DNA of 64,000 nt from Acidimicrobiia bacterium (GCA_048595045.1 JBMDXS010000120.1:3736-67735); one strand, 5' to 3'. Positions 52,793 to 62,435 are shown, counted from the stretch's first letter. The notes: generated by a model not told the origin, from the sequence alone. Numbers and translations: made by a program.

Positions 52793-54600
52793 GAATCCGC
52801 TGCCCGGTGCCGGGCAGGTCCGTCGGCCTCGGAGGCGAGGTTGTAGGCGGAGTCGATGAGGCCGAGGTGGCTGAATGCCTGCGGGAAGTTGCCCACCATT
52901 CGCTTGGCAGTGACGTCGTACTCCTCGGCGAGCAGGCCCACGTCGTTGCGCAACGAGAGTAAGCCCTCGAATCGCCGCCGAGCGTCGTCGGCTCGACCGA
53001 TCAGGCTGAGGGCGTCAACCATCCAGAACGAGCAGAGAAGGAACGCCCCCTCTTCACCTGGAAGCCCGTCGTCGGTCTCTTCGGTGTCATAGCGACGGAT
53101 GAGGCAGTCATCGATAGACAGCTCACGCTCGATGGCTTCGATGGTGCCGACGACGCGTTTGTCGTCGGGCGGGAGGAACCCGACCTGAGGGATCAGCAAC
53201 AACGCTGCATCGAGCGCCTTCGACCCGAAGGATTGGGTGAAGGTGTTGCGCTCCGATTCGTAGCCCTTTTCTTCGATCTCGGCCCGGATACGTTGGCGAA
53301 GGTCCCTCCAGTGGTCGATCGGCCCGTCGAAGTCCCATTGCTCGGCGCATTTCACCGCCCGGTCGTAGGCCACCCAGCTCATCAGCCGGGAATGGGTGAA
53401 GTCCTGAGACTCGCCCCGGATCTCCCACAGGCCATGATCGGGACGGGCCCATTTCCCCTCGAGATTCTCGAGGAGGAGCTTCTGTAAGTCCCAGATGGTG
53501 GAATCGTGGTCCATCCCCATTCGCCGGGCGACGTAGATGGCATCCATGAGCTCGCCATAGACGTCCACCTGAAGCTGGGAATGGGCGGCATTCCCGATGC
53601 GGACCGGCCGGGAGCCCTCGTAGCCCGCCAGCCAATCCAGCTCCATCTCGGGGAGACGACGCTCTCCGGCCACCCCGTACATGATCTGGAGGTCCTCCGG
53701 GTCCCCTGCCACGGCCCTGAGTAGCCAGTCACGCCAGGCCAGGGCCTCCTGCCTGTGCCCCGCCGTCATGAAAGTATCGAGGGTGAAGGTGGCGTCACGA
53801 AGCCACACGTATCGATAGTCCCAGTTACGTTCGCCGCCGATGACTTCCGGCAGGGAGGTGGTGGGCGCGGCGACGATGCCTCCCGTGGGCGCATACGTGA
53901 GGGCCTTCAGGGTGATCAGGGAGCGGTCCACGGCCTCCTCCCAGTCGCCGCGGTAGGTGTTGGCATCGGTCCACTCACGCCACCACTTCTCGGTGTCCTC
54001 CATGGCCTGTTCGACCTCGACATCGTCGGGCGGGGGCCGATGCGAGGGGTGCCAGGTGAGAACGAACGGGACCCGGTCGCCCTTGCCCACCTTGAATTCG
54101 GCCACGGTGCTCAGGTCCTCTCCGTGGTGCGCCATCGGTGTTTCGAGGGTGAGGGCGTCGGGGCCACCCACCGCCTGGAGTCTCCCGTCCAGCCGTGTCG
54201 CCCAAGGGACCAGGTGGCCGTAGTCGAAGCGGATGGTGAGGTCCATCCGCATCTGCACCGTTCCACTGACGCCCTCGACGACTCGAACGACATCGGCGTT
54301 GTTGCGGTCCCCGCGGCCCCGGATCGGCATGAGGTCGACGACGCGGACCGTGCCGCCATCGGCTTCCATCTCCGTCTCCAAGACCAGAGTGCCGGGTCGG
54401 TACTGTCTTCTGACACGCTTCAGGGCTCCGGCCGGGGCGATCCGCCAGCGCCCGTTGCCCTCGTCACCGAGGAGGGAGGCGAGGCAGGCACCGGAGTCGA
54501 AGCGGGGCAGGCACAGCCAGTCGATCGAGCCGTCCCGGCTGACCAAGGCCGCGGTCTCGGTGTCGCCGATGATGGCGTAGTCCTCGATGGGCCTGCTCAT
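52789..54600 (-). CDS. glycoside hydrolase family 15 (glucoamylase/trehalase-type)
   Basis: 603-aa ORF. IEDYAIIGDTETAALVSRDGSIDWLCLPRFDS is the typical GH15 N-terminus. WDYRYVWLRDA and LAEEYD. Confidence 0.85.
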   Translation of the reverse strand: MSRPIEDYAIIGDTETAALVSRDGSIDWLCLPRFDSGACLASLLGDEGNGRWRIAPAGALKRVRRQYRPGTLVLETEMEADGGTVRVVDLMPIRGRGDRNNADVVRVVEGVSGTVQMRMDLTIRFDYGHLVPWATRLDGRLQAVGGPDALTLETPMAHHGEDLSTVAEFKVGKGDRVPFVLTWHPSHRPPPDDVEVEQAMEDTEKWWREWTDANTYRGDWEEAVDRSLITLKALTYAPTGGIVAAPTTSLPEVIGGERNWDYRYVWLRDATFTLDTFMTAGHRQEALAWRDWLLRAVAGDPEDLQIMYGVAGERRLPEMELDWLAGYEGSRPVRIGNAAHSQLQVDVYGELMDAIYVARRMGMDHDSTIWDLQKLLLENLEGKWARPDHGLWEIRGESQDFTHSRLMSWVAYDRAVKCAEQWDFDGPIDHWRDLRQRIRAEIEEKGYESERNTFTQSFGSKALDAALLLIPQVGFLPPDDKRVVGTIEAIERELSIDDCLIRRYDTEETDDGLPGEEGAFLLCSFWMVDALSLIGRADDARRRFEGLLSLRNDVGLLAEEYDVTAKRMVGNFPQAFSHLGLIDSAYNLASEADGPARHRAADS

Positions 54601-54622
54601 CCCGGTCGAGCCTAGGTGAGTG

Positions 54623-55009
54623 TCAGCCCCATTCCTCGGGCGGGTCGTGCCTCCCGGTCATGAACTCGTAGTACTCGTGGAGGCGGCGGCACCGGCCGTC
54701 GTCGGCGAAGTCGAGGAGCAGGCACCCGGGCAGGGTCACGTCGGCGCCCTCGTTGTTCATCGTCGTCCAGAACTCGACCGACACCCGTTGGCCGTCCACT
54801 ATCGGCCTACCCATCCGCACCTGGATGTCGCTCTGCGTCGAGGTCACCGAGGTCCAATAGGCGGCGATCCCTTCGTGACCGGAATGAGGCTCCTCGAAGA
54901 TGTTCGAGCGATATGTGGCGTCTTCGGTGAAGAGGCTCGCCGCCTTGGCGGCGTCGCTCTCCTCCCACGCCTGTCGATACGTCTCCACCCAGGCACCCAC
55001 GTCGGTCAT
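54623..55009 (-). CDS. SnoaL/NTF2-like small protein
   Basis: Track ORF 54623..56440 trimmed to ATG 55009 (MTDVGAWVETYRQAWEESDAAKAASLFTEDATY...), giving 128 aa. The rest of the track ORF is antisense to the aldehyde dehydrogenase gene. Confidence 0.65.
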   Translation of the reverse strand: MTDVGAWVETYRQAWEESDAAKAASLFTEDATYRSNIFEEPHSGHEGIAAYWTSVTSTQSDIQVRMGRPIVDGQRVSVEFWTTMNNEGADVTLPGCLLLDFADDGRCRRLHEYYEFMTGRHDPPEEWG

Positions 55010-55078
55010 TTGGCTCCTCGCTCTCCAGTTGGGCTGTCCCAGGCTACGACTTGATCGTGTCACACCGGTACGGTTTCG

Positions 55079-56647
55079 GTGATGGGTACGCAGGAGAAAG
55101 CCGCGACCATGGCCCGTCTCCTGCGCGAGCTCGAGGCCCGGTGCCGGCACGAGGGGCGCACACCGATCGAGGTCGTGGCGCCGTTCACCCTGGATGTGAT
55201 CGGACGGGTCCCGCAGGCGACCGAGGACGATGTCCGGGCGGCCGCCATCGAGGCTCGGGCGGCCCAGTCGGCATGGGAGGCGCTGGGAGCCGAGAGGCGT
55301 GCCCGGATCCTGTTGGGATTCCACGACCTCCTCCTCGACCACGTGGACGAGGTGACCGACCTCGTCCAGCTGGAGGGGGGCAAGGCCCGGATGGATGCCT
55401 GGAAAGAGGTCGTCGACACCATCGGAGTCACCCGATACATCGCCAATGTGACACCCGGCGCCACCAGGCGGCGCCGTCGCCAGGGGGCCATGCCTCTCTT
55501 CACCAAGACGCTCGAGTTCAGGCACGCCAAGGGCGTCGTGGGCTTCATCAGCCCCTGGAACTACCCGTTCATGCTGGCCATCAGCGACGCCATCGCCGCT
55601 CTGGCGACCGGCAACGCGGTGCTCATCAAGCCCGACGGCAACACCCCCTTCTCGGCCTTGCTGGGCGCTCGACTTCTCGAAGAAGCGGGGGTGCCCGAAG
55701 GGCTGATCCAGGTGCTCACCGGCGCCGGGGAGCCGATCGGGGAGGTGTTCGTCGATTCGGTCGACTACGTGATGTTCACCGGGTCCACCGAAGTGGGACG
55801 GCTCATCGGCGAGATGGCTGGGCGCCGTCTCATCGGCTGTTCCATGGAGCTGGGCGGGAAGAACGCCGCCATCGTCCTCCCCGACGCCGACATCGGGAGG
55901 ACCGTGCGAGAGCTGGCCGCAGGGAGCTTTGCCAATGGGGGACAGACCTGTGTCTCGATGGAGCGGGTCTACGTCCATGAATCGATCGCGGAGGAGCTCA
56001 CCCGAAACCTGACCGAACACGTCGCCGGGCTTCCCATCACTTCGGGTTTCGACTTCTCGAGCGAGTTCAGCTCCCTGATCGATCAGGATCACCTGGACCG
56101 GGTTCAGGCCCACGTCGACGATGCCGTGGCCAAGGGTGCCAACGTCCTCACCGGTGGCAAGCCCCGTCCCGACGTCGGACCGCTCTTCTACGCACCGACG
56201 ATCCTCACCGGGGTCACCGAGGAGATGGCGATGTGTCGTGAGGAGACCTTTGGCCCGGTCATCGCCATCTACGGCTATTCCGAGCTGTCCGAGGCGATCA
56301 AGAGATCGAATGATTCGGAGTTCGGGCTTCATTTCAGCCTGTGGACCTCGGACACCGGCAAGGCGGTCGACATAGCGGTCGAACTGGAGGCGGGCTCTGT
56401 CACGGTGAACGACGGCCTCGTGGCGAGCTGGGGCTCGCACGACGCCCCGATGGGCGGGATGAAGTCCTCAGGGTTGGGGCGACGTCACGGGCTCGACGGG
56501 ATCCTCAAGTTCACCGAGCCACAGACCGTGGCCATACAACGGCTGATCCCGGCCTATTCGCCTTTTGGTGGGATCGCCCCGGAGCGCTACACCCGGATGG
56601 TCGAGACGCTCACCAGGGTGTTCAAGCGCCTCCCCTGGTACAAATGA
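55079..56647 (+). CDS. NAD(P)-dependent aldehyde dehydrogenase (succinate-semialdehyde dehydrogenase GabD2-like)
   Basis: 522-aa ORF with FISPWNYP, FTGSTEVGRLI, ELGGKNA and GGQTCVSMERVYV. Confidence 0.85.
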   Translation: MMGTQEKAATMARLLRELEARCRHEGRTPIEVVAPFTLDVIGRVPQATEDDVRAAAIEARAAQSAWEALGAERRARILLGFHDLLLDHVDEVTDLVQLEGGKARMDAWKEVVDTIGVTRYIANVTPGATRRRRRQGAMPLFTKTLEFRHAKGVVGFISPWNYPFMLAISDAIAALATGNAVLIKPDGNTPFSALLGARLLEEAGVPEGLIQVLTGAGEPIGEVFVDSVDYVMFTGSTEVGRLIGEMAGRRLIGCSMELGGKNAAIVLPDADIGRTVRELAAGSFANGGQTCVSMERVYVHESIAEELTRNLTEHVAGLPITSGFDFSSEFSSLIDQDHLDRVQAHVDDAVAKGANVLTGGKPRPDVGPLFYAPTILTGVTEEMAMCREETFGPVIAIYGYSELSEAIKRSNDSEFGLHFSLWTSDTGKAVDIAVELEAGSVTVNDGLVASWGSHDAPMGGMKSSGLGRRHGLDGILKFTEPQTVAIQRLIPAYSPFGGIAPERYTRMVETLTRVFKRLPWYK

Positions 56648-56675
56648 CGGGACGCAGGACGGAGAGCGAAGACGC

Positions 56676-57155
56676 TCATCTCTCCGACATCTCGGCCAGA
56701 TCGGCCTCCAGGGTGTCACGCTCTCCGGGATCCTCGATCTCGGTCAGCTTCTCCTTGGCTGCTTCGAGGTGCTCGGTGAACATCTCGATGTCGTCTACGT
56801 CGGCCGCAGCCCGGGCAATGGCCTCGTGGGCGAAACCGGTGACAAAAGCGTCCAGGTCGTGGTCGAGGCAGATCGCCAGCGATCGCTCGCCGAAGCGGAG
56901 TGCGAGGTCGGCGTACCCGAGCACTGCAGCCACCCGGGAGACTTGCCAGTCGGCGATGGCCTGATTGCGAGGGGTACCGACCTGGTACCAGTGGTAACGC
57001 TGGGCGAACGCGGCGGCCAGCATCGCCTCCTCCTCCTCACGGTTGGGGTCGGCGAGATCGAGCAGGGCCCAGGCCTCGTTGAAGGCCCGAGGGGCGAAGG
57101 TGTGATGCCAGATCGCCAGGTCGGCGTCTGCCGGATCTTCGATGGCCTCGGTCAT
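56676..57155 (-). CDS. hypothetical helical protein
   Basis: Track ORF 56676..57782 trimmed to ATG 57155 (MTEAIEDPADADLAIWHH...), giving 159 aa. ATGA overlap with the upstream PLP-enzyme gene. Coordinates follow the ORF track; my hand count differed by 1 nt here. Confidence 0.5.
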   Translation of the reverse strand: MTEAIEDPADADLAIWHHTFAPRAFNEAWALLDLADPNREEEEAMLAAAFAQRYHWYQVGTPRNQAIADWQVSRVAAVLGYADLALRFGERSLAICLDHDLDAFVTGFAHEAIARAAADVDDIEMFTEHLEAAKEKLTEIEDPGERDTLEADLAEMSER

Positions 57156-58804
57156 GTCTGTGATTCCGCCGGGTTGGGAAACCAGCGGAGACCCTCCGCC
57201 GCCGCTCCCAGGTCGGGCGTCGCAATGGCGGTGTCCGGCTCCTCCGCCAGGATTCGCTTCGCCTCTGCCAGATAGGAGTCGAGATCGCTCAACGGTGCCG
57301 TCAGCGGTGGTTCCGCTCCGTTGCCGGCAAAGTCGAGGTCGCTGAGCGAGGTGGGTGGTCTTGGCAGCCCGTCGCGATGGCGCCACAGTGCCGTGTCCGG
57401 CTCGTATCCGTACTGGGGGAGAAGCCGCCATCCCTGATCGGCGACGAGGTGCACCGCCTCCAGGATGTAGGCGAACTCCTCCTCGGCGATGAAGTAGTTG
57501 AAGTTCACCCTGACCCAGCCCGGTTTGATCACCTCGCACCCGTCGGCCACGAGCTCTTCGATGCGCGCGCTCGTCTCCAGGTCGATGCCGAGAAGACGGT
57601 GGCCGTAGGGACCGGCGCACGAGCACCCGCCCCGAGCCTGGATCCCGAAGAGGTCGTTCAGGACCGCCACGACGAAGTTGTGATGGAGGGTGCGGTCGCC
57701 GTGACGGATGACGAAGCTGACTATGGACAGACGCTCCGCCTCGGGGTTCCCCAGGATCTCGATGCTGGGGTTGCGTGACCACGACTCGATGGCGCGGCGG
57801 ATGAAATCGTGCTCCAGGTGGCGGATGGTCTCCACCCCGACCGCCTCCTTCAACCGAAAGGCGAGGCCGGCGCGGATCGACTCGATGATCGCCGGGGTGC
57901 CGCCCTCTTCTCGGTGCTCGGGATCGGTGACATAGCGATGATGATCGGGAGAGACGTAGGAGACGGTGCCCCCGCCCGGGACGACGGGAACCTCGTTGCG
58001 CAGGAGGTCGCGCCGTATCACCAGGACGCCGGGCGTGCCCGGGCCCCCGATGAGCTTGTGGGGCGAGAGGAAGATGGCGTCCAGGTATTCGCCGCTCGAC
58101 GAGGAGCCCACGTCGATCTCCAGATACGGGGCCGATGCGGCGAAGTCCCAGAATGACAATGCGCCATGCTCGTGGAGAAGACGGGCGATGGCCGAGGTGT
58201 CCGAGATGATCCCGCTCACGTTCGAGGCAGCCGAGAAGGACCCGATGAGCAGGGGCCGTCCGGCGTGCTCGACCAGCTTCGCCTCCAGCTCGGTCAGGTC
58301 GATGTGGCCGTCGGCATCCTCCCTGATCTCGATGACGTCGGCGATCGACTCCCGCCAGGGAAGCTCGTTGGAGTGGTGCTCGTAGGGCCCGACGAAGACG
58401 ACCGGCCGCTCCGCTTCGGGGATCGACTCTTCCAGCCGGTAGGCCTCGTTCAGGCCTCTCGGGATTCGGATGCCGAGGAGACCGACCAATCGATCGACGG
58501 CGCCGGTGGAGCCGCTCCCGGCGAAGATGACCGCGTGCTCCTCCCGACTCGCTCCAACGGCGGCGCGGATGATCTCCCTCGCCTCCTCCCGGAATCGCGT
58601 GGTCTGCAGACCGGTGCCCGAGGTCTCGGTGTGAGTGTTGGCATAGAGGGGGAGCACCTGTTCCCGGATGAAGTCCTCGATGATGGCCAATGACCGGCCC
58701 GAGGCCGTGTAGTCGGCGTAGGTGACCCGGCGCAGGCCGAATGGGGTGTGAACCGCGGTGTCCTTCCCGATCACCGCCTCTCTAACCGTCTCGACCAGTT
58801 CCAT
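57152..58804 (-). CDS. class V aminotransferase-fold PLP enzyme (cysteine-desulfurase-like) with a C-terminal extension
   Basis: Track ORF 57152..58951 trimmed to the Met at 58804 (MELVETVREAVIG). YADYTASGRSL...YANTHTETSGTG and the PLP-lysine context FLSPHKLIGGPGTPGVLV. Confidence 0.75.
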   Translation of the reverse strand: MELVETVREAVIGKDTAVHTPFGLRRVTYADYTASGRSLAIIEDFIREQVLPLYANTHTETSGTGLQTTRFREEAREIIRAAVGASREEHAVIFAGSGSTGAVDRLVGLLGIRIPRGLNEAYRLEESIPEAERPVVFVGPYEHHSNELPWRESIADVIEIREDADGHIDLTELEAKLVEHAGRPLLIGSFSAASNVSGIISDTSAIARLLHEHGALSFWDFAASAPYLEIDVGSSSSGEYLDAIFLSPHKLIGGPGTPGVLVIRRDLLRNEVPVVPGGGTVSYVSPDHHRYVTDPEHREEGGTPAIIESIRAGLAFRLKEAVGVETIRHLEHDFIRRAIESWSRNPSIEILGNPEAERLSIVSFVIRHGDRTLHHNFVVAVLNDLFGIQARGGCSCAGPYGHRLLGIDLETSARIEELVADGCEVIKPGWVRVNFNYFIAEEEFAYILEAVHLVADQGWRLLPQYGYEPDTALWRHRDGLPRPPTSLSDLDFAGNGAEPPLTAPLSDLDSYLAEAKRILAEEPDTAIATPDLGAAAEGLRWFPNPAESQT

Positions 58805-58844
58805 CGCTCGCCTTTGCAGGATGATCCACAAGACTAGGAAGACG

Positions 58845-59846
58845 ATGAAGGATGAGACCACGGTCGACGTCGGCGGCGAGGCGATCCGCATCTCCAGCCC
58901 GGACCGTGTGATCTTCCCCGCTAAGGGTTGGACCAAGCTCGACGTGGCCAATCACTTCGCACTCGTCGCCGAAGGGGCCATCCGTGGCGTGTTCGGCCGT
59001 CCCACCATGTTGAAGCGTTACATGGGCACGGTCGACGACGACCCGATCTACCACAAGCGCGCCGCCAAGAACACACCCTTCGAGACGGTGCAGATCCGCT
59101 TTCCCTCGCAACGGCCGGGGATGATGAATGTGCCCCGCACCGAGGGGGACATCGTCCGGCTGGTTCAACTCGGCTGTCTCGACTTCCATCCCTGGCCGGT
59201 CAGGGCCGAGGACATCGACCATCCCGACGAGCTTCGCTTCGATTTCGACCCGACACCCGGCTTCGACTTCGAAAGGGTGAAGGAGGCCGCGCTGGGCATG
59301 CGCACACTTCTCGAGGAGCTGGGGCTTACGGGATGGCCCAAGACCTCGGGGAGCCGTGGAGTCCACGTCTATGTGAGGATTGAGCCATTGTGGGACTTCT
59401 TCCAGACCCGCCGCGCCGTCCTCGCCGCGGCCCGTGAGTTGGAGCGCCGGATGGATGGGCTGGTCACCACCAAGTGGTGGAAGGAGGAGCGCAACGGTGT
59501 GTTCATCGACTACAACCAGAACGCCCGGGACAAGTCGGTCTGCTCCGCGTACGGCGTGAGGCCCACCGGGTTCGTCTCGGCCCCGATCACGTGGGACGAG
59601 TTGCCCGACGTGGCCATCGAGGACTTCCCGCTGGGCTCCTTCGGCGAGCGGTATCGGGCCGTTGGCGACCTGACCGCCGGCATCGATGAAGCGGCGGGGC
59701 GGATCGACACCCTCATGGAGTGGGTCGTCCGCGACCAGGAGAACGGCCTTGGCGACGCCCCCTGGCCACCTCACTATCCCAAGATGCCCGACGAGCCACC
59801 CCGCGTCCAACCCTCCAAGCAGCGGCGGCCCACCGAGGACTACTGA
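58845..59846 (+). CDS. NHEJ primase-polymerase (stand-alone LigD polymerase domain)
   Basis: Track ORF 58758..59846 trimmed to the Met at 58845 (MKDETTVDVGGEAIRISSPDRVIFP). DELRFDFDP and KTSGSRGVHVYVRI. Confidence 0.85.
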   Translation: MKDETTVDVGGEAIRISSPDRVIFPAKGWTKLDVANHFALVAEGAIRGVFGRPTMLKRYMGTVDDDPIYHKRAAKNTPFETVQIRFPSQRPGMMNVPRTEGDIVRLVQLGCLDFHPWPVRAEDIDHPDELRFDFDPTPGFDFERVKEAALGMRTLLEELGLTGWPKTSGSRGVHVYVRIEPLWDFFQTRRAVLAAARELERRMDGLVTTKWWKEERNGVFIDYNQNARDKSVCSAYGVRPTGFVSAPITWDELPDVAIEDFPLGSFGERYRAVGDLTAGIDEAAGRIDTLMEWVVRDQENGLGDAPWPPHYPKMPDEPPRVQPSKQRRPTEDY

Positions 59847-59852
59847 CCCCAT

Positions 59853-59903
59853 CGAAATTGGGAGCGCAAGCTGCGGTATGCGCATCTGTGGCTCTCAATT
59901 TCG
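59853..59903. terminator. hairpin between convergent genes (candidate bidirectional terminator)
   Basis: 13-nt arms CGAAATTGGGAGC (59853..59865) and GCTCTCAATTTCG (59891..59903). One G-T (wobble) position and a 25-nt loop. Relatively AT-rich. Confidence 0.4.
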
Positions 59904-59911
59904 CAAGAGCC

Positions 59912-60640
59912 CTACAGAGCGTCGCGTCGGCGCAGGGCCCAGGTGAGGACGACCAGGCCGAGGACGAGGACACCGGCCAGCTTGGCCACACCGCCGCCGA
60001 CGCCAGGGGTGACCGGGCTCATCGCCTCCTGTGCAAACTCCCCGAACCCCTCCTCCAGGCCGGCGTAGATCGACAGGGAGATCCGCCAGATCGAAAGTTG
60101 GGCCAGGCCCTCCACCGCGAAGGCGAGGATCGTCTCCAGCACGAGGATGTATCCGAGGCCGACGAGGAGGGCACGGGGAACCAGGTACCCGAGTGGTACG
60201 AAGATGGCGGCATAACCGAAGCCGGCGGCGACGAACAGCGATAGGGACCGGAGCGCCGTGTCGAGGTCGCCCCCCACGGCGAGCAGGGCGATCGCCGAGG
60301 CGGCCCAGCCTCCTATCCCGATCACAAGGGCCGCAGCCGTGCCGCCGACGAGCGACTGGATCGCCATCGAGAGCCTGGACAGTGGCCGCATGTAGATGTA
60401 GGGGAGCGTCCCACTGTCACGCTCGTCACGCAGGGTCGCCGTGGTGAGGATCAGCGCGGCGATGGCGAAGGTGTAGCCGACACCGGCGAGGACATCGGTG
60501 TAGATGGCGGTCAGGTTTTCTTCGTCGGCGTCGAAGGCGGAGAGCCAGAACACCAGCCCGGGCACCGCGGCGAGGGCGAGGAGGCCGATCACGCGGCTCC
60601 GCCGCATGATTCGCCGGTAGAGATGGATGGCCAGGGTCAT
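59912..60640 (-). CDS. ABC-2-type transporter permease
   Basis: 242-aa ORF with six hydrophobic helices. 1-nt overlap with the upstream ATPase gene. Confidence 0.7.
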   Translation of the reverse strand: MTLAIHLYRRIMRRSRVIGLLALAAVPGLVFWLSAFDADEENLTAIYTDVLAGVGYTFAIAALILTTATLRDERDSGTLPYIYMRPLSRLSMAIQSLVGGTAAALVIGIGGWAASAIALLAVGGDLDTALRSLSLFVAAGFGYAAIFVPLGYLVPRALLVGLGYILVLETILAFAVEGLAQLSIWRISLSIYAGLEEGFGEFAQEAMSPVTPGVGGGVAKLAGVLVLGLVVLTWALRRRDAL

Positions 60641-61557
60641 CAGCGTCCCTCCACCAGGTAACGGAAAACCGACTCCAGCGACTCGTCGACCGGCTCGACT
60701 TTGGTGATGGGGATCTCTTGTTCGATCGAGATGGCGGGGAGGCGTCGGGCCAGACCAGCGGCGTCCGACGTCTCGACATGAACCGTGTCACCGTCCACCT
60801 GGACACCGAGCACGTCCTGGCCGGAGATCAACGCCGCGGCCAGCTTTCTCGGGTTGCCGGTGTCGACATAGATACGACGGGGCTTGTCGGTCATCGCCGC
60901 CCGGATCGTCGCCACGTCGCCGACCGCGGCGAGACGCCCGTCGACCATGGCCACCACCCGGTCGGAAACGCGTTCCACCTCGGTGAGCACGTGGGAGGAG
61001 ACCAGCAGTGTCTTCCCCTCCGTCCCGAGACGCTTGAAGAGGGTTATCAGGTGTGCCCTCTGCACCGGGTCGGCGCCGTTCAAGGGCTCGTCGAGGAGGA
61101 GGATCTCAGGGTCGGACACCAGGGCGGCCGCCACCTTGGCTCTCTGGCGCATGCCCTTGGAGAAACCGCCGAGGGCCCGGTCGGCCGCCTCGGTCAGGGC
61201 CACCGTCTCGATCACGGAGCGGGCCCGATCGATGGGATGGTCGATCTTCGCCAGCTTGGCAGCGAGCTCGACGAACTCACGCCCGGTGAGCCGGTCGTAC
61301 ACCGACTCGTCCTCCGGCACCAGAGAGATCCGGCGATATATGTCGGTGTCCTTCCTGGGGTCGACGCCGAGGATCCTCACTTCACCCTGTGAAGGGCGCT
61401 GCAGCCCGGCGATGACACGCAGCAGGGTGGTCTTGCCGGCGCCATTGGGCCCGAGAAGCCCTGTGACGCCGGGTCGGAAGGTGATGGTCAGTTCGCTCAC
61501 CGCCACCTTCAGCCCGAACCATTTCGATAGGTTGGTGACCACGACGGTGTCGGTCAC
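60640..61557 (-). CDS. ABC transporter ATP-binding protein
   Basis: 305-aa ORF with GPNGAGKTT, FSKGMRQRAKVA and ILLLDEPLNGADP. Confidence 0.9.
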   Translation of the reverse strand: MTDTVVVTNLSKWFGLKVAVSELTITFRPGVTGLLGPNGAGKTTLLRVIAGLQRPSQGEVRILGVDPRKDTDIYRRISLVPEDESVYDRLTGREFVELAAKLAKIDHPIDRARSVIETVALTEAADRALGGFSKGMRQRAKVAAALVSDPEILLLDEPLNGADPVQRAHLITLFKRLGTEGKTLLVSSHVLTEVERVSDRVVAMVDGRLAAVGDVATIRAAMTDKPRRIYVDTGNPRKLAAALISGQDVLGVQVDGDTVHVETSDAAGLARRLPAISIEQEIPITKVEPVDESLESVFRYLVEGR

Positions 61558-62435
61558 GCCAGTCTCCGATAGCGGTACCGGACGAACAGTGCCGATGCGA
61601 TCGCCAGTGCGACGATTGCCACGACCGAAACCCAGACCTCGAACCCGGCCTGTTCGGGGGCGTAAGCCACGGTGTCCCCGAAGAAGTAGTCCCTGACGAT
61701 CCTCGGGTGATGGTCCACGGCGAGGAGCGCGAAGTACCTGGAACCGGCGAACCCTGCTTCGGCCACCCGCCCGGCGACGGCGGCCCCCGCGAAGAGGATG
61801 CCGAGAAAGGCGGCGGCGGCTATTCCGGTCCGATCGATCACCGCGGACAAGGCGAACACCACCGCGCCATGGACCGCGATGAAGGCCATGGTGGTGACCG
61901 GGACCTTCCAGAGGATGTCGAGGTTTTCACCGAGGTAGGCGAGGAATCCCTCCTCGGCGATGAGGGCGAGGCCGAGGTGGAGGACGATCTGAGGCACGAT
62001 GTAGATGGCGCCGACGACGGTGGCGAAGGCTCCGACCTTGGAGACGAGATACCCATCCACGGTGAGAGGTCGCGAGAAGTACACAGACAGGACGCCCTTC
62101 GTCCGGTCAGGGATGAGGAGCTGGGGCCCGGCGAGGGCGATGAAGAGCAGGGAGATCCCCGAGTAGAAGTCGAAGAGACCGCCGTAGGTGGGTATCTGCT
62201 GACGCAGGCTCTCCTCGATGTTCCCGATCGCCCAGTGGATGCCGATGAAGACGGCTGCGGCGATGACGGCGATCACGATGAGGGACCAAGGGAAGATCTT
62301 CTGTCGGGCCTTGCGACCAAGCCCCAGCACCCGCCGAACGCCGTCCTTGTAGACCGCCTTCCTGGCCCCGATGGTCCCGAGGCGGGGGCCGTCGTAGGTG
62401 CGGTAGCCGCGGTCGTAGAGGACCTGATCGGTCAC
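61554..62435 (-). CDS. ABC-2-type transporter permease
   Basis: 293-aa ORF with six hydrophobic helices. 4-nt overlaps on both sides. Confidence 0.7.
   Translation of the reverse strand: MTDQVLYDRGYRTYDGPRLGTIGARKAVYKDGVRRVLGLGRKARQKIFPWSLIVIAVIAAAVFIGIHWAIGNIEESLRQQIPTYGGLFDFYSGISLLFIALAGPQLLIPDRTKGVLSVYFSRPLTVDGYLVSKVGAFATVVGAIYIVPQIVLHLGLALIAEEGFLAYLGENLDILWKVPVTTMAFIAVHGAVVFALSAVIDRTGIAAAAFLGILFAGAAVAGRVAEAGFAGSRYFALLAVDHHPRIVRDYFFGDTVAYAPEQAGFEVWVSVVAIVALAIASALFVRYRYRRLA

Noticed and set aside
55057-55063. TGTCACA, the -35 element described for ECF41-type promoters, upstream of the aldehyde dehydrogenase gene
   Set aside because: No CGTC-type -10 lies at the expected 16-nt distance, and the site is only 16 nt from the start codon. 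It is probably a chance match.
55010-56440. Upstream part of the 605-aa minus-strand ORF 54623..56440
   Set aside because: It is antisense to the aldehyde dehydrogenase gene. Only the last 128 codons give a SnoaL-like protein.
57141-57160. One-nucleotide discrepancy between my hand count of positions and the ORF-track coordinates near the PLP-enzyme stop
   Set aside because: It is most likely my counting error in a run of A residues. The ORF-track frames are internally consistent (ATGA overlap at 57152..57155), so I used them. I make no frameshift claim.
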